From an uncultured virus (IMG/VR IMGVR_UViG_3300023178_004374) (lineage: Duplodnaviria > Heunggongvirae > Uroviricota > Caudoviricetes): a stretch of 20,000 nucleotides of DNA. The stretch is from IMG/VR virus record IMGVR_UViG_3300023178_004374; one strand, 5' to 3'. Under the pieces are notes generated by a model. It was not told where the DNA came from, did not search any database, and was given only the letters and a program-made list of their open reading frames with translations. Position numbers and translations under genes: made by a program. Below are positions 8,110 to 16,353 of this stretch, in pieces. How positions within the stretch are numbered: position 1 is the first letter of the stretch; each line of letters opens with the position of its first letter.

Positions 8110-8496
8110 TTAACAACCTATTTTATCTACACTAAATGGATCACTATCATCATCAATATGATAACCAACAGTTTCACGCTCAATATCATTATGATTAAAT
8201 TCTGCCCAGTATAGCTCATATGCTACGCCTTCTTTAAGACACTCAAATTGATGATAAAGACCAGGTTTAACTTTGTGATAATCACCTTCATGAAGAATAG
8301 TAATATCAACTAAATCATAATCACGTTGCCATGTACGAATAAGCATCTTACCAGATTCGACATAAAAACCATTCCATTTATAACGATGTAAGTGTTTAGA
8401 ACACACGCCGCCTTCTTCCATTTCAATACGATGAAACTCTAATGCACCATTTGCTTCAATAAGCTCAGTAGTGCCCCATACTTTTCCTGCTTTCAT
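8110..8496 (-). CDS. Cupin-fold protein (sugar isomerase-like)
   Basis: KVWG, CSKHLHRYKWNGFYVESG, VKPGLYHQF cupin motifs. Confidence 0.75.
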   Translation of the reverse strand: MKAGKVWGTTELIEANGALEFHRIEMEEGGVCSKHLHRYKWNGFYVESGKMLIRTWQRDYDLVDITILHEGDYHKVKPGLYHQFECLKEGVAYELYWAEFNHNDIERETVGYHIDDDSDPFSVDKIGC

Positions 8497-8579
8497 TTAT
8501 TCATCTCCGTTACTGCAATAATATAAAATCCAATAATTATAATTGCTAGGATACTAATTGCTGTAAATACTTCACCCAT
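8493..8579 (-). CDS. Tiny single-pass membrane peptide (28 aa)
   Basis: Manual translation MGEVFTAISILAIIIIGFYIIAVTEMNK; overlaps the pckA stop and forms an ATGA overlap with the cupin start. Confidence 0.5.
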   Translation of the reverse strand: MGEVFTAISILAIIIIGFYIIAVTEMNK

Positions 8580-9762
8580 TTATCATCCTTTCTAAGATTT
8601 CTAAGACTTCTTCGCTTCTATCTTCGGCTCCTCTAATTAGAGAATTTGTTACACAATTACGAGTAAATTCTAATGGAAATCTTTTACCTTTTTTATCCAT
8701 ACCAGTATTAATTAAATAAACATTAACATCATGTTCTTCTATTTTTTCCATTAACATATCGCTATATACATTTACATTTCTAGGCATAAAAGGTGATCCA
8801 TAACATGGTGAAAATATTTTTTTAATTTCTTCAACACCTGCTTCAGTGCCTGGCATTTGACTTGTATATCCAGTTTCAAAGAACCGTCTTACAGTTTCTC
8901 CAGAAATTTTACTTACTGGAGGAAAACTACCTGTAGCATCCATTGTTAGAAAAAATATATTATTAGGATGTTTGAATTGTGTATCATTTATATATGCATT
9001 TTCTACATACTTTAAAGGATAACTTAATCTAGCATTAGCAGCACCAGGATTTTCTATTACTAATGTTTCAGCTTTTTTTGCAGCTTCCACAGCATTAAAA
9101 ATAGTTGGATGTGTTTCAGGTGACAAACCTTCTGATTTAGCATAGCAGCCTTCTTCAACTTTTGCGATGCCTTCTTCATTCCAAGATACTTCATCATCTG
9201 AAATTAAACCAAATTGAGGATCACTACTTAATGTTGTTTTACCTGTTCCACTTAATCCAAACATAAGATTAGTTTTATCCTTAAAAGTAAAAGCACTACA
9301 ATGCATTGGTAAAACATTTTCGTCTGGTAATTCAAATCCTAAAATACCAAACACTCCTTTTTTAATTTCACCTAGAAAAGTAGTTCCACCAATTAACATA
9401 ATTTTTTCATCTAAATGTACAGCAATTGTAGGTGGACAATTAATTTCAGTGTTGTGAATAATTTTCCATTCTGCATAATGTTCAGTTGGATCATCTACTA
9501 CTGAAAACATGTTTCTTACAAATTGAGCATGTCTATCATCATTAGTTAAGACAGCAAAACCGCGACGAGAAGTATAAAAATGCAAGTAATGTTTATAATT
9601 GTATTCATTTAAATCTTCATAAAATTCCCAAAAATATTTTTCTTCGCCTATCTTATTATATTTTGGTCTTGATAAATCTAGTTTTCTAGCTAAGTTTCCA
9701 TAAAATATTTTATTCTCAGGAGATCTGCCAGTTGGGTTAGTTATTATTTCTATATTAGCCAT
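8572..9762 (-). CDS. pckA: ATP-dependent phosphoenolpyruvate carboxykinase (compact form)
   Basis: TGRSP, GEIKKG, PMHCSA, FGLSGTGKTTLS (P-loop), LISDDE, EGCYAK, NAR.SYP, FPPVSK, GYTS, FSPCYG.PF, YLINTG. Confidence 0.9.
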   Translation of the reverse strand: MANIEIITNPTGRSPENKIFYGNLARKLDLSRPKYNKIGEEKYFWEFYEDLNEYNYKHYLHFYTSRRGFAVLTNDDRHAQFVRNMFSVVDDPTEHYAEWKIIHNTEINCPPTIAVHLDEKIMLIGGTTFLGEIKKGVFGILGFELPDENVLPMHCSAFTFKDKTNLMFGLSGTGKTTLSSDPQFGLISDDEVSWNEEGIAKVEEGCYAKSEGLSPETHPTIFNAVEAAKKAETLVIENPGAANARLSYPLKYVENAYINDTQFKHPNNIFFLTMDATGSFPPVSKISGETVRRFFETGYTSQMPGTEAGVEEIKKIFSPCYGSPFMPRNVNVYSDMLMEKIEEHDVNVYLINTGMDKKGKRFPLEFTRNCVTNSLIRGAEDRSEEVLEILERMING

Positions 9763-10427
9763 TTTTCATTCCACCTTTTTTCATCTTCTGGTGTATTAAT
9801 TTCTATTCCATTAAATTCAGTATGCAGTATACCTATGTCCCAACCTGTTTTTAACCAGCGCAATTGCTCTAGTTGTTCTATTCTTTCTTCTTCTATTATA
9901 CCATACTTGCTATAGAATTGTAAAGGATTTCTTTTATATCCATAAATTCCTAAATGCCAATCGCCATAGCCTGCCATTCCTCTTCCGAACCAAAGGGCTT
10001 TATCTCCACCTCTTACTACTTTTACAGAGTTAGGATCATTTCGCATTTTTTCTGGCATATCGGTGAAAAGAGTAGTGATAGGGTAATGCTTTAAATGCCA
10101 TATTACTTTATTAATCATATGCTTATTCACATCAGGCATATCACCTTGAACGTTTATGTACTGATCATATTCTGGTATTTTATCGAGCGCTCCGGCACAT
10201 CTTTCTGTACCATTATTATATTCTGTAGTATCTAATCGACAATTATTGTCATTAAATAATGAAGCAATTCTATAGTCATCAGTAAGTACATATGTATCTA
10301 AACCTGTATCAGCACAAGTCTCATACACTCTTTCAATCATAGTCATTTCACCAAGATTAACTAATGGCTTACCAGGGTATCTACTTGACTCATATCTCGC
10401 TGGAATAAGAATAGCGGTGGATTTCAT
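9750..10427 (-). CDS. kdsB: 3-deoxy-manno-octulosonate cytidylyltransferase (CMP-KDO synthetase)
   Basis: IPARYESSRYPGKPL, GTER, INVQGD.P, DPNSVKVV, HLGIYGY, EQLEQLRWL, INTPED. Confidence 0.93.
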   Translation of the reverse strand: MKSTAILIPARYESSRYPGKPLVNLGEMTMIERVYETCADTGLDTYVLTDDYRIASLFNDNNCRLDTTEYNNGTERCAGALDKIPEYDQYINVQGDMPDVNKHMINKVIWHLKHYPITTLFTDMPEKMRNDPNSVKVVRGGDKALWFGRGMAGYGDWHLGIYGYKRNPLQFYSKYGIIEEERIEQLEQLRWLKTGWDIGILHTEFNGIEINTPEDEKRWNEKWLI

Positions 10428-11175
10428 CTACAACTCTTTCAAAATCATCTAATCTAAGCATACTTTCCGAATCACTGGGTGCGGATTCAGGCATAGGGTG
10501 GACTTCGATAAAGAAGGAAGTGACCCCCAAAGCAGCCCCACAACGAGCCAACCCAGGCACGTGAATAGGAGCACCGCCCGAGCAATGTCCAATTCCGCCG
10601 GGCTTTTGGACAGAGTGAGTAACATCGAGAACAATATCGCAGTCATAATTATTAAGCATATAGTCAACACCAGTGAAATCGACAACAAGGTTATTATATC
10701 CAAAACTTGTACCTCTTTCAGTTATCCATACTTCTTTAGCACCTTGTGTTTTACTTAAAATTCCTGTAACATCCCAAGGCGCTAGAAATTGACCTTTTTT
10801 TATATTTACTATTTTCTCTGTTCTACAAGCTTCAACAATTAAATCTGTTTGCCTACAGAGAAATGCTGGAATCTGTAGTACGTCTACTAGATTTCCACTA
10901 CCTTGATACCCCAATTGTCTAACTTGTTCTACACTATGAACATCAGTAAGAATTTTAAGACCAGGTATTTCGGTTTTTAAATCACGGAAATGATGTAGAG
11001 TCATTGGCATACCAAGACCACGTTTTCCAGTCAAGCTTGTTCTATTTGCTTTATCAAAACTAGCTTTAAAATAATATTCAGCTTCGTACTTATCACAAAC
11101 ATCTTTACAATGTAAAGCGATTTCTAAACTTTGTTCAAAGGTTTCATGTTGACATGGTCCGGCGATAATTCTCAT
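10390..11175 (-). CDS. kdsA: KDO-8-phosphate synthase (probably metal-dependent class)
   Basis: IAGPC, FKASFDKANRTS, LQIPAFLCRQTDL, NIKKGQFLAP, ERGTSFGYNNLVVD, DVTHSVQ.PGG, EVHP.P..A.SD. Confidence 0.95.
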   Translation of the reverse strand: MRIIAGPCQHETFEQSLEIALHCKDVCDKYEAEYYFKASFDKANRTSLTGKRGLGMPMTLHHFRDLKTEIPGLKILTDVHSVEQVRQLGYQGSGNLVDVLQIPAFLCRQTDLIVEACRTEKIVNIKKGQFLAPWDVTGILSKTQGAKEVWITERGTSFGYNNLVVDFTGVDYMLNNYDCDIVLDVTHSVQKPGGIGHCSGGAPIHVPGLARCGAALGVTSFFIEVHPMPESAPSDSESMLRLDDFERVVDEIHRYSYSSEI

Positions 11176-11357
11176 TTATACAAAGTCCTTTTAAATTTTA
11201 CTAATAACATTATTGAAATATAAATCTGTATACAAATAATCCATTCTTCAATCATATTATTTTCTATTAGAAAGAATACAGTATCACCAAACAATGCTGC
11301 CCATATGAGTATCATAAAAAATGCTACCATTGGCGATGCAAAGATATGGAGACTCAT
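11172..11357 (-). CDS. Small predicted membrane protein
   Basis: Two hydrophobic stretches; ATG at 11357 gives ATGA overlaps at both ends (track start 11378). Confidence 0.55.
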   Translation of the reverse strand: MSLHIFASPMVAFFMILIWAALFGDTVFFLIENNMIEEWIICIQIYISIMLLVKFKRTLYK

Positions 11358-11920
11358 TGTGGTACTAAGCTCCACCATCCTGTTAAAATTGCTTTAGGTT
11401 CTTGAGCTATTACTCCTCTATGAGTATGTGTAAAACCTGGTGGCCAAATTATTGTCCTACCTTTGACAGCATCAACTTTTAAATCTTGATATAAAAATTC
11501 AGTGCCACCATCTTTAACAGTATTTAAATATGTCATAAAAACTAAATGTCGAGTTCCATCTGTTCTATGATGAGCTAATTCATGATGCCAAGTTTTAAAA
11601 CCTCCGCCTGGAGGATAGCATTGAAAATTATATTCTTGTATAATTCTAAATTGATCAACGTTATTAGCATGTTCATATTCTTTTAAATATTCATTTAAAA
11701 CTTTTTGTAACGAGGTTTGATACCTCATAATCAACTCACCTGGAAGATTATTAGATGTTAAATCTTGTGAATCTTTTACATCAGTATTTACAACAACCTT
11801 TCCATTATTTCCAACCATACCAGATTTAACAAAAACTTGATTATTATCCCAATAATCAAAATAGTCTTGTATCAATTCATCACTAATGGAATTGTCGTAT
11901 ATACCAATAAAATTTTTCAA
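11354..11920 (-). CDS. 2OG-Fe(II) oxygenase
   Basis: WHHE (HxD/E), LVFMTYLN, GGTEF, IWPPGFTHTHRG, ILTGW; typical of marine T4-like phage oxygenases. Confidence 0.88.
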   Translation of the reverse strand: MKNFIGIYDNSISDELIQDYFDYWDNNQVFVKSGMVGNNGKVVVNTDVKDSQDLTSNNLPGELIMRYQTSLQKVLNEYLKEYEHANNVDQFRIIQEYNFQCYPPGGGFKTWHHELAHHRTDGTRHLVFMTYLNTVKDGGTEFLYQDLKVDAVKGRTIIWPPGFTHTHRGVIAQEPKAILTGWWSLVPQ

Positions 11921-12327
11921 AGTCTACCATCCTTACGTAGCTGAGCTCTAATTTTTGTAGCGCTAATATCGTGTATGTCTTTTCCTAAATCATGTTCAGT
12001 GAATGTATAACCTACACCTCTCCCATAACTAATGTCTACAATATTAGGAACTTTCATAATAATGTATTTCTCGTTATATGCAAAACCTTCTTTATGTAAT
12101 GCGACTTGAATATTTTGTACAACCTGACTATAGTCAAAAGGATTATCATCTTGTGCTACAGTTCTTCCACCACCAGCATCAGATCCAATAATACCACCAA
12201 CATCTCGAATCATAATAGCAACTTGACCAGTTTCTGCTAAAGCTCTTTTAAATAATTCTGTATGCCCAGCATGCCAAGGCTGCCATCGACCTAGCATTTG
12301 CGTTGTTGGTTTTTTATGATCAAACAC
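11917..12327 (-). CDS. HxGH nucleotidyltransferase (cytidylyltransferase-like)
   Basis: GRWQPWHAGH, DNPF, ISATKIR. Confidence 0.8.
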   Translation of the reverse strand: MFDHKKPTTQMLGRWQPWHAGHTELFKRALAETGQVAIMIRDVGGIIGSDAGGGRTVAQDDNPFDYSQVVQNIQVALHKEGFAYNEKYIIMKVPNIVDISYGRGVGYTFTEHDLGKDIHDISATKIRAQLRKDGRL

Positions 12328-12742
12328 CCGGAAAATCCTCTCTTAATACTTTTGCGAAGTTAATTATTTCTTCATCAGACATAAAAGACTTTACATGATA
12401 ATCAACTTCTGTAGGTCTTTCAAATATTTTATTAGTATTATCAAACCTACCCTCTTCTATTGTGTCCATCCATATTGTAATATCAGCTATAAACTGTTTA
12501 CGTGTTTCTCCAGTAGGACAAACAAAATCACAAATAACAGTACGACCACGAGATCCTTCAAATAATGCAAGAGTATTCATTCTTTCTGCTTGTCTATTTC
12601 TGCCAGATGGAGTAAAGTCCCAATCATTGGCTTGCTCTCTAATCTTATCAGCATTATACCAAGCACAATTTAAATGAATTTGTAACCTTTTAGCTAGGTG
12701 TGTTTTCCCCGCTCCCGGCAGTCCCATTATCAGGATTCTCAT
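12320..12742 (-). CDS. Adenylylsulfate-kinase-like P-loop kinase
   Basis: GLPGAGKT, NADKIR, DF...GR..Q..RM, DFVCP, FERP. Confidence 0.75.
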   Translation of the reverse strand: MRILIMGLPGAGKTHLAKRLQIHLNCAWYNADKIREQANDWDFTPSGRNRQAERMNTLALFEGSRGRTVICDFVCPTGETRKQFIADITIWMDTIEEGRFDNTNKIFERPTEVDYHVKSFMSDEEIINFAKVLREDFPGV

Positions 12743-12899
12743 TTTTTCTAAAACTCCATGTTCCGTCGTTATGTTCTTCCCAAATTAATTCAGTACCAGC
12801 ATCCCATCCCATTTGGTTAAGAATATCTGATGGTAAATTAACTACTAATTCTCCATTTGAATCTTCGCCAATATCAGCTGTCCACGTTTTCTGATTCAT
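12690..12899 (-). CDS. AbrB/MazE/SpoVT-like small DNA-binding protein
   Basis: GELVVNLPSDILNQMGWDAGTELIW swapped-hairpin pattern. Confidence 0.65.
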   Translation of the reverse strand: MNQKTWTADIGEDSNGELVVNLPSDILNQMGWDAGTELIWEEHNDGTWSFRKNENPDNGTAGSGENTPS

Positions 12900-13236
12900 C
12901 TGTTTTCCTTTTAGGTCTATTTAAAAAATCATGCTCAGGATTCTGACCATCTATGTTTCCATTCATATATGCAATAAAGAATGAAGCATAGTTAATTATA
13001 TCTATGCATGAATCTTCAAGGGATTCGAAATTAGGATTATAATCTCTATCCAATTCCATTGCTTCAAGCACAGATTGAATACGTAATACTTTAGCTTGCA
13101 TGGTATCTAGAATAGTAGCACAACCACGAGGATAGTACATTGCTTGACGTACTCGTGAATTAGGATTTTGGTAATCATTACCTTTTTTATTTTGAATTTC
13201 AGCTGCACGCTGTAATACTTTAATTGATTCTTTCAA
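12874..13236 (-). CDS. Nucleotide-modification-associated domain 1 (DUF1599-like, all-alpha NTP-PPase/MazG fold)
   Basis: KKGNDY, K..R, ESLEDSCIDIINYA motifs. Confidence 0.7.
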   Translation of the reverse strand: MKESIKVLQRAAEIQNKKGNDYQNPNSRVRQAMYYPRGCATILDTMQAKVLRIQSVLEAMELDRDYNPNFESLEDSCIDIINYASFFIAYMNGNIDGQNPEHDFLNRPKRKTDESENVDS

Positions 13237-13831
13237 TTGTCCAGTCCTTCCATTTTGTCGCGGCTTTGCTTAAACGGTATGTCAATTGTTCAGGAGTTAA
13301 ATCATAATCGTTTAATATTGCCTCACGAGTATTATAAGTTATTCCTTCAATATTGTAAACCTTGTTTCCAATCCAATTAACCCAAGTAAGTCCCGCTGCT
13401 TTATATGCTTGTCGAGGATGTTTCTTTGCTAGTTCTTCATCATTCTGATATGGTTTCAGAGCTTGATTTTCTGTCTTCAAAGTAATAGCAACTCTACAAC
13501 GAGACTTAATAAGATTAACTAAAAATTTATCGCTTTTGCCTTTACGAATTTGTTCTATAATTGTGATTGATGAATTTTTACGACCCCATATATGTTCCCA
13601 TGTTGTGTCTCTACCTGGTCCAGGTTTTTGAGTAAATTGACACGATGGCGTACACATTCCATTAAAAATATTAGGTGCACCGAAGAGTGCGTTGCCTAGT
13701 GAGAAAGTAATTACACCATCGATTTCATCACTAGTACCATATAGTGGTTCAAGTTGTTTAGCCACTGTTAAAATTGCAGAGTATATTTCATAATGATTGT
13801 CTTTAGCTTTGCACATTGTATCGCCTTCCAT
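13220..13831 (-). CDS. Putative HNH/His-Me-like endonuclease with C-terminal NUMOD1-like DNA-binding domain
   Basis: WEHIWGR...CRVAITLKTENQAL resembles a beta-beta-alpha metal site; C-terminal VYNIEGITYNTREAILNDYDLTPEQLTYRL...W resembles homing-endonuclease HTH modules. The true start may be the ATG at 13816, after GGAAGG. Confidence 0.45.
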   Translation of the reverse strand: MEGDTMCKAKDNHYEIYSAILTVAKQLEPLYGTSDEIDGVITFSLGNALFGAPNIFNGMCTPSCQFTQKPGPGRDTTWEHIWGRKNSSITIIEQIRKGKSDKFLVNLIKSRCRVAITLKTENQALKPYQNDEELAKKHPRQAYKAAGLTWVNWIGNKVYNIEGITYNTREAILNDYDLTPEQLTYRLSKAATKWKDWTIERIN

Positions 13832-13846
13832 CCATTCATAATTACT

Positions 13847-13876
13847 ATACTACCACAGTTCTTATGAATTGTACAC
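13847..13876 (-). promoter_or_regulatory. T4-early-type promoter
   Basis: Minus strand GTGTACA-17 nt ending TGTGG-TAGTAT, preceded by A-tracts; intergenic; same architecture as the promoter at 3864-3893. Confidence 0.7.
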
Positions 13877-13903
13877 CATTTTGTTTCATTTAAAAACAAT
13901 CAC

Positions 13904-14059
13904 TTACGTTTTTTTTACGGATTCTTTTTTACCACAATGTGGACAATGTAAGTTACCTCTTTCAATACAATAGTTTTCTTCCATTGTAGCGTAACTCCAA
14001 TGTCCTTTACATTGAGTACATGTAAGATGCCAAATAATTTCTTTTTCTGCTTTTATCAT
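13904..14059 (-). CDS. Small zinc-ribbon protein (51 aa)
   Basis: Manual translation MIKAEKEIIWHLTCTQCKGHWSYATMEENYCIERGNLHCPHCGKKESVKKT; two CxxC pairs; ATGA overlap with the upstream gene. Confidence 0.65.
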   Translation of the reverse strand: MIKAEKEIIWHLTCTQCKGHWSYATMEENYCIERGNLHCPHCGKKESVKKT

Positions 14060-14832
14060 CTTCTTTCTATATCTTCTTCAATACACTTAGTTCCGTATTG
14101 AACTTCTAATATGTGACAAGGTTTATCAAATGGATTATAAGCTTTATGCCAATCTTCTCTATGTATAATATAAGTCTGATGTTGTTTTAAAATTATCGTT
14201 TCGTCTCTACCAACATTGGTTGAAATAATATCACCTCTTTCAATATCCATTTTCATAGAACCTTCTAATATATACCAATGTTCGCTTCTATGATAATGTC
14301 TTTGATCACTTAAACTGCAGCCTGGATTTATTACAAGTTCTTTTACTTTCACTGTTCCTTTATCATCTAACACTCTCCAATAACCCCAATCTCTAAGTGT
14401 TTTTTGTGTTTTCCATTCATCTAATATCCAACTAGAAGAATTTGTTTTATCACCACCAACACCAAAAACAAATTCTACATCAGGATGATTTTGATATTTT
14501 AAAAACTCAGGAGTATTTTCATTATTTCTGTCTCCGCCATTAGCGAATACAACAGTGTCCATAGTGTCAGAAAGAATCTTATCAATAGCGTTAATAGCAC
14601 TATTATCAGAATCGTCGAACTCAATAATCCAATCAACCATTTCAAGCGCTTCAACAATTGCTACCCTCTCTTCATATGGTAAAAAGGCTTTCCCTTTTTT
14701 TCTTGCTAACCATTCATCAGAATTTAATCCAACTACTAATCTATTTCCTAATTTTTTAGCTTGACTTAAATAAGAAATATGACCTGAATGTATAGGATCA
14801 AATCCACCTGTGACTAATACGATTTTAGACAT
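14056..14832 (-). CDS. Nucleotidyltransferase (RfaE-II/TagD-like) fused to a mannose-6-phosphate-isomerase-type cupin
   Basis: N-terminal TGGFDPIHSGH, GLNSD, FANGGDR, K.NSSS; C-terminal RDWGYWRVL, VKEL.I.PG.SLS.QRH.HRSEHW, ILEVQYG...EEDIER. Confidence 0.85.
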   Translation of the reverse strand: MSKIVLVTGGFDPIHSGHISYLSQAKKLGNRLVVGLNSDEWLARKKGKAFLPYEERVAIVEALEMVDWIIEFDDSDNSAINAIDKILSDTMDTVVFANGGDRNNENTPEFLKYQNHPDVEFVFGVGGDKTNSSSWILDEWKTQKTLRDWGYWRVLDDKGTVKVKELVINPGCSLSDQRHYHRSEHWYILEGSMKMDIERGDIISTNVGRDETIILKQHQTYIIHREDWHKAYNPFDKPCHILEVQYGTKCIEEDIERR

Positions 14833-15754
14833 TTCTATAAGCGTACTCCAATGCTCTATCTGCTTCTACTTCTAATGGACGATTTGCATACCAGTTTCCA
14901 GTTTCAATATCTAGTTCTCTACATAACTCTGCCATTTGTTGTGCGGTGATTGGATATTGATTTTTCAAAGCATTTCCTGCTAAAGCAACCATGATTTGAT
15001 ACATCTTATGATACCAACCAGTGTTACTTATTGTTTTATATTCTGACTCTAATCTACGAGGAAAAAATGGACAATCCTTATATCCAGTCCAAGTGACGTC
15101 TGTATTTGTTAATTTAGATTTTTTATATTCTATTACTTGTTTTTGTAATTCTTCTGGCATACGATCTAAGAAAGATGAACTTGATTTCTTTTCAACATAA
15201 GCGTGCTTTCTCATAAGTTTTAGCGGATCAATATACTCGCCAGGATTAGTAAAGATAAAGTTGAAACTGCCAGCGTACGTACCAGGGATATAATACATTC
15301 GTGATAAATCTTTAGTTTGTTTATCACCAATGGATCCAAATTCGCTGTTGAGTGCGAACCAGAAATGTGGGAGGTTATTTGCTTCAACTCTTTGCGTAAT
15401 TGGGAAGACCATACGAAACTTTGGAAAGTTTTCTCTAGAGCTAGCAGTAGAATAACAGACAAAATGATACTCACCATATTTTTTTATTAGCTCCTCTTTT
15501 AAATTACCTTCAAACTGATGATCATCAACGTCAATTGCACACCACCCACCCCAATCAACTACATTCTTATTAGCACGTGTTGAGTCTAATATATATGTAG
15601 CAGGTGAAATGAGTGATGCTTCTTTTTTATTACTATATTTAGTCTTTGATAATTTGTAAAGAAAGCTTTCAAATTCCATAAAGGTTGAAAACTCCATCTT
15701 ACGATGAGTCTTATTATCAAATATTGATTTGAATATAGTTAAGGTTGTTTGCAT
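14825..15754 (-). CDS. Putative archaeo-eukaryotic-type (AEP) primase
   Basis: ISPA.Y, R.NKNV, AIDVDD (DxD), YSTAS, KFRMVFP, D..TKDLSRMYYIP, plus a helical PriCT-like C-terminus; replication-gene context. Confidence 0.65.
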   Translation of the reverse strand: MQTTLTIFKSIFDNKTHRKMEFSTFMEFESFLYKLSKTKYSNKKEASLISPATYILDSTRANKNVVDWGGWCAIDVDDHQFEGNLKEELIKKYGEYHFVCYSTASSRENFPKFRMVFPITQRVEANNLPHFWFALNSEFGSIGDKQTKDLSRMYYIPGTYAGSFNFIFTNPGEYIDPLKLMRKHAYVEKKSSSSFLDRMPEELQKQVIEYKKSKLTNTDVTWTGYKDCPFFPRRLESEYKTISNTGWYHKMYQIMVALAGNALKNQYPITAQQMAELCRELDIETGNWYANRPLEVEADRALEYAYRNV

Positions 15755-15760
15755 TATACA

Positions 15761-15940
15761 TCACCGGTGAACCAAAGGCTTGGTGTTGCTTGTATCGTGA
15801 TAATCACCTGAGGCATAATAATCACGGCTTGCTTCTTCTTTTATCATCATGCCATTCCGCATACGATAAGTAATAATTTCACGCCTAACTACACCGTCAG
15901 TGTCAGAATCAAATGCGGTCTTAAATGGTCCTTCAGTCAT
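15761..15940 (-). CDS. Small hypothetical protein (59 aa)
   Basis: Manual translation MTEGPFKTAFDSDTDGVVRREIITYRMRNGMMIKEEASRDYYASGDYHDTSNTKPLVHR; TGATG overlap with the upstream gene; fills the gap. Confidence 0.65.
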   Translation of the reverse strand: MTEGPFKTAFDSDTDGVVRREIITYRMRNGMMIKEEASRDYYASGDYHDTSNTKPLVHR

Positions 15941-16353
15941 CAGTCAATAATGCGTGGTAGATCACCAACATTCCCCTCGTGAGTTGGACCTTTCCAACCG
16001 CCAGGTTTTAATAAATCAGGTAAACCAAAACGATTAGGCCGACCAGGTTTTACACCAGGCTTTTTTGCCATATTAGCTTCATACACTCTATCCCATGCTT
16101 CATTAGCATCTACTCCCATTACATCAAGAGTACCGATAGCAAATACACACATATCAATTAGGCCATCAACAACTTCTTCTGCATCAGAATTATTAATAGC
16201 TGACAATGTTTCTTGATATTCTTCACCAATCATTAGCATACGAAACATAATATATTTCCGCATAAGATCTTTATCTTCTTTATTTTTATCAAACCATTCA
16301 CGTACTCCAAATTTATTGTGCATCATGTAAATGTCATTTGCCCAATCACTCAT
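15940..16353 (-). CDS. MazG-like (PRA-PH family) NTP pyrophosphohydrolase
   Basis: EEYQE...EEVVDGLID acidic motif, V..ANM.K, LLKP.GW..P. Confidence 0.8.
   Translation of the reverse strand: MSDWANDIYMMHNKFGVREWFDKNKEDKDLMRKYIMFRMLMIGEEYQETLSAINNSDAEEVVDGLIDMCVFAIGTLDVMGVDANEAWDRVYEANMAKKPGVKPGRPNRFGLPDLLKPGGWKGPTHEGNVGDLPRIID

Noticed and set aside
10449..10703. 84-aa minus-strand ORF
   Set aside because: Out-of-frame shadow within kdsA
785..11175. Bacterial LPS/capsule locus
   Set aside because: The sugar genes are interleaved with gp42, AGT, gp43-linked genes and T4-type promoters; no flippase, polymerase or export genes
15220..15477. 85-aa minus-strand ORF
   Set aside because: Out-of-frame shadow within the primase-like gene
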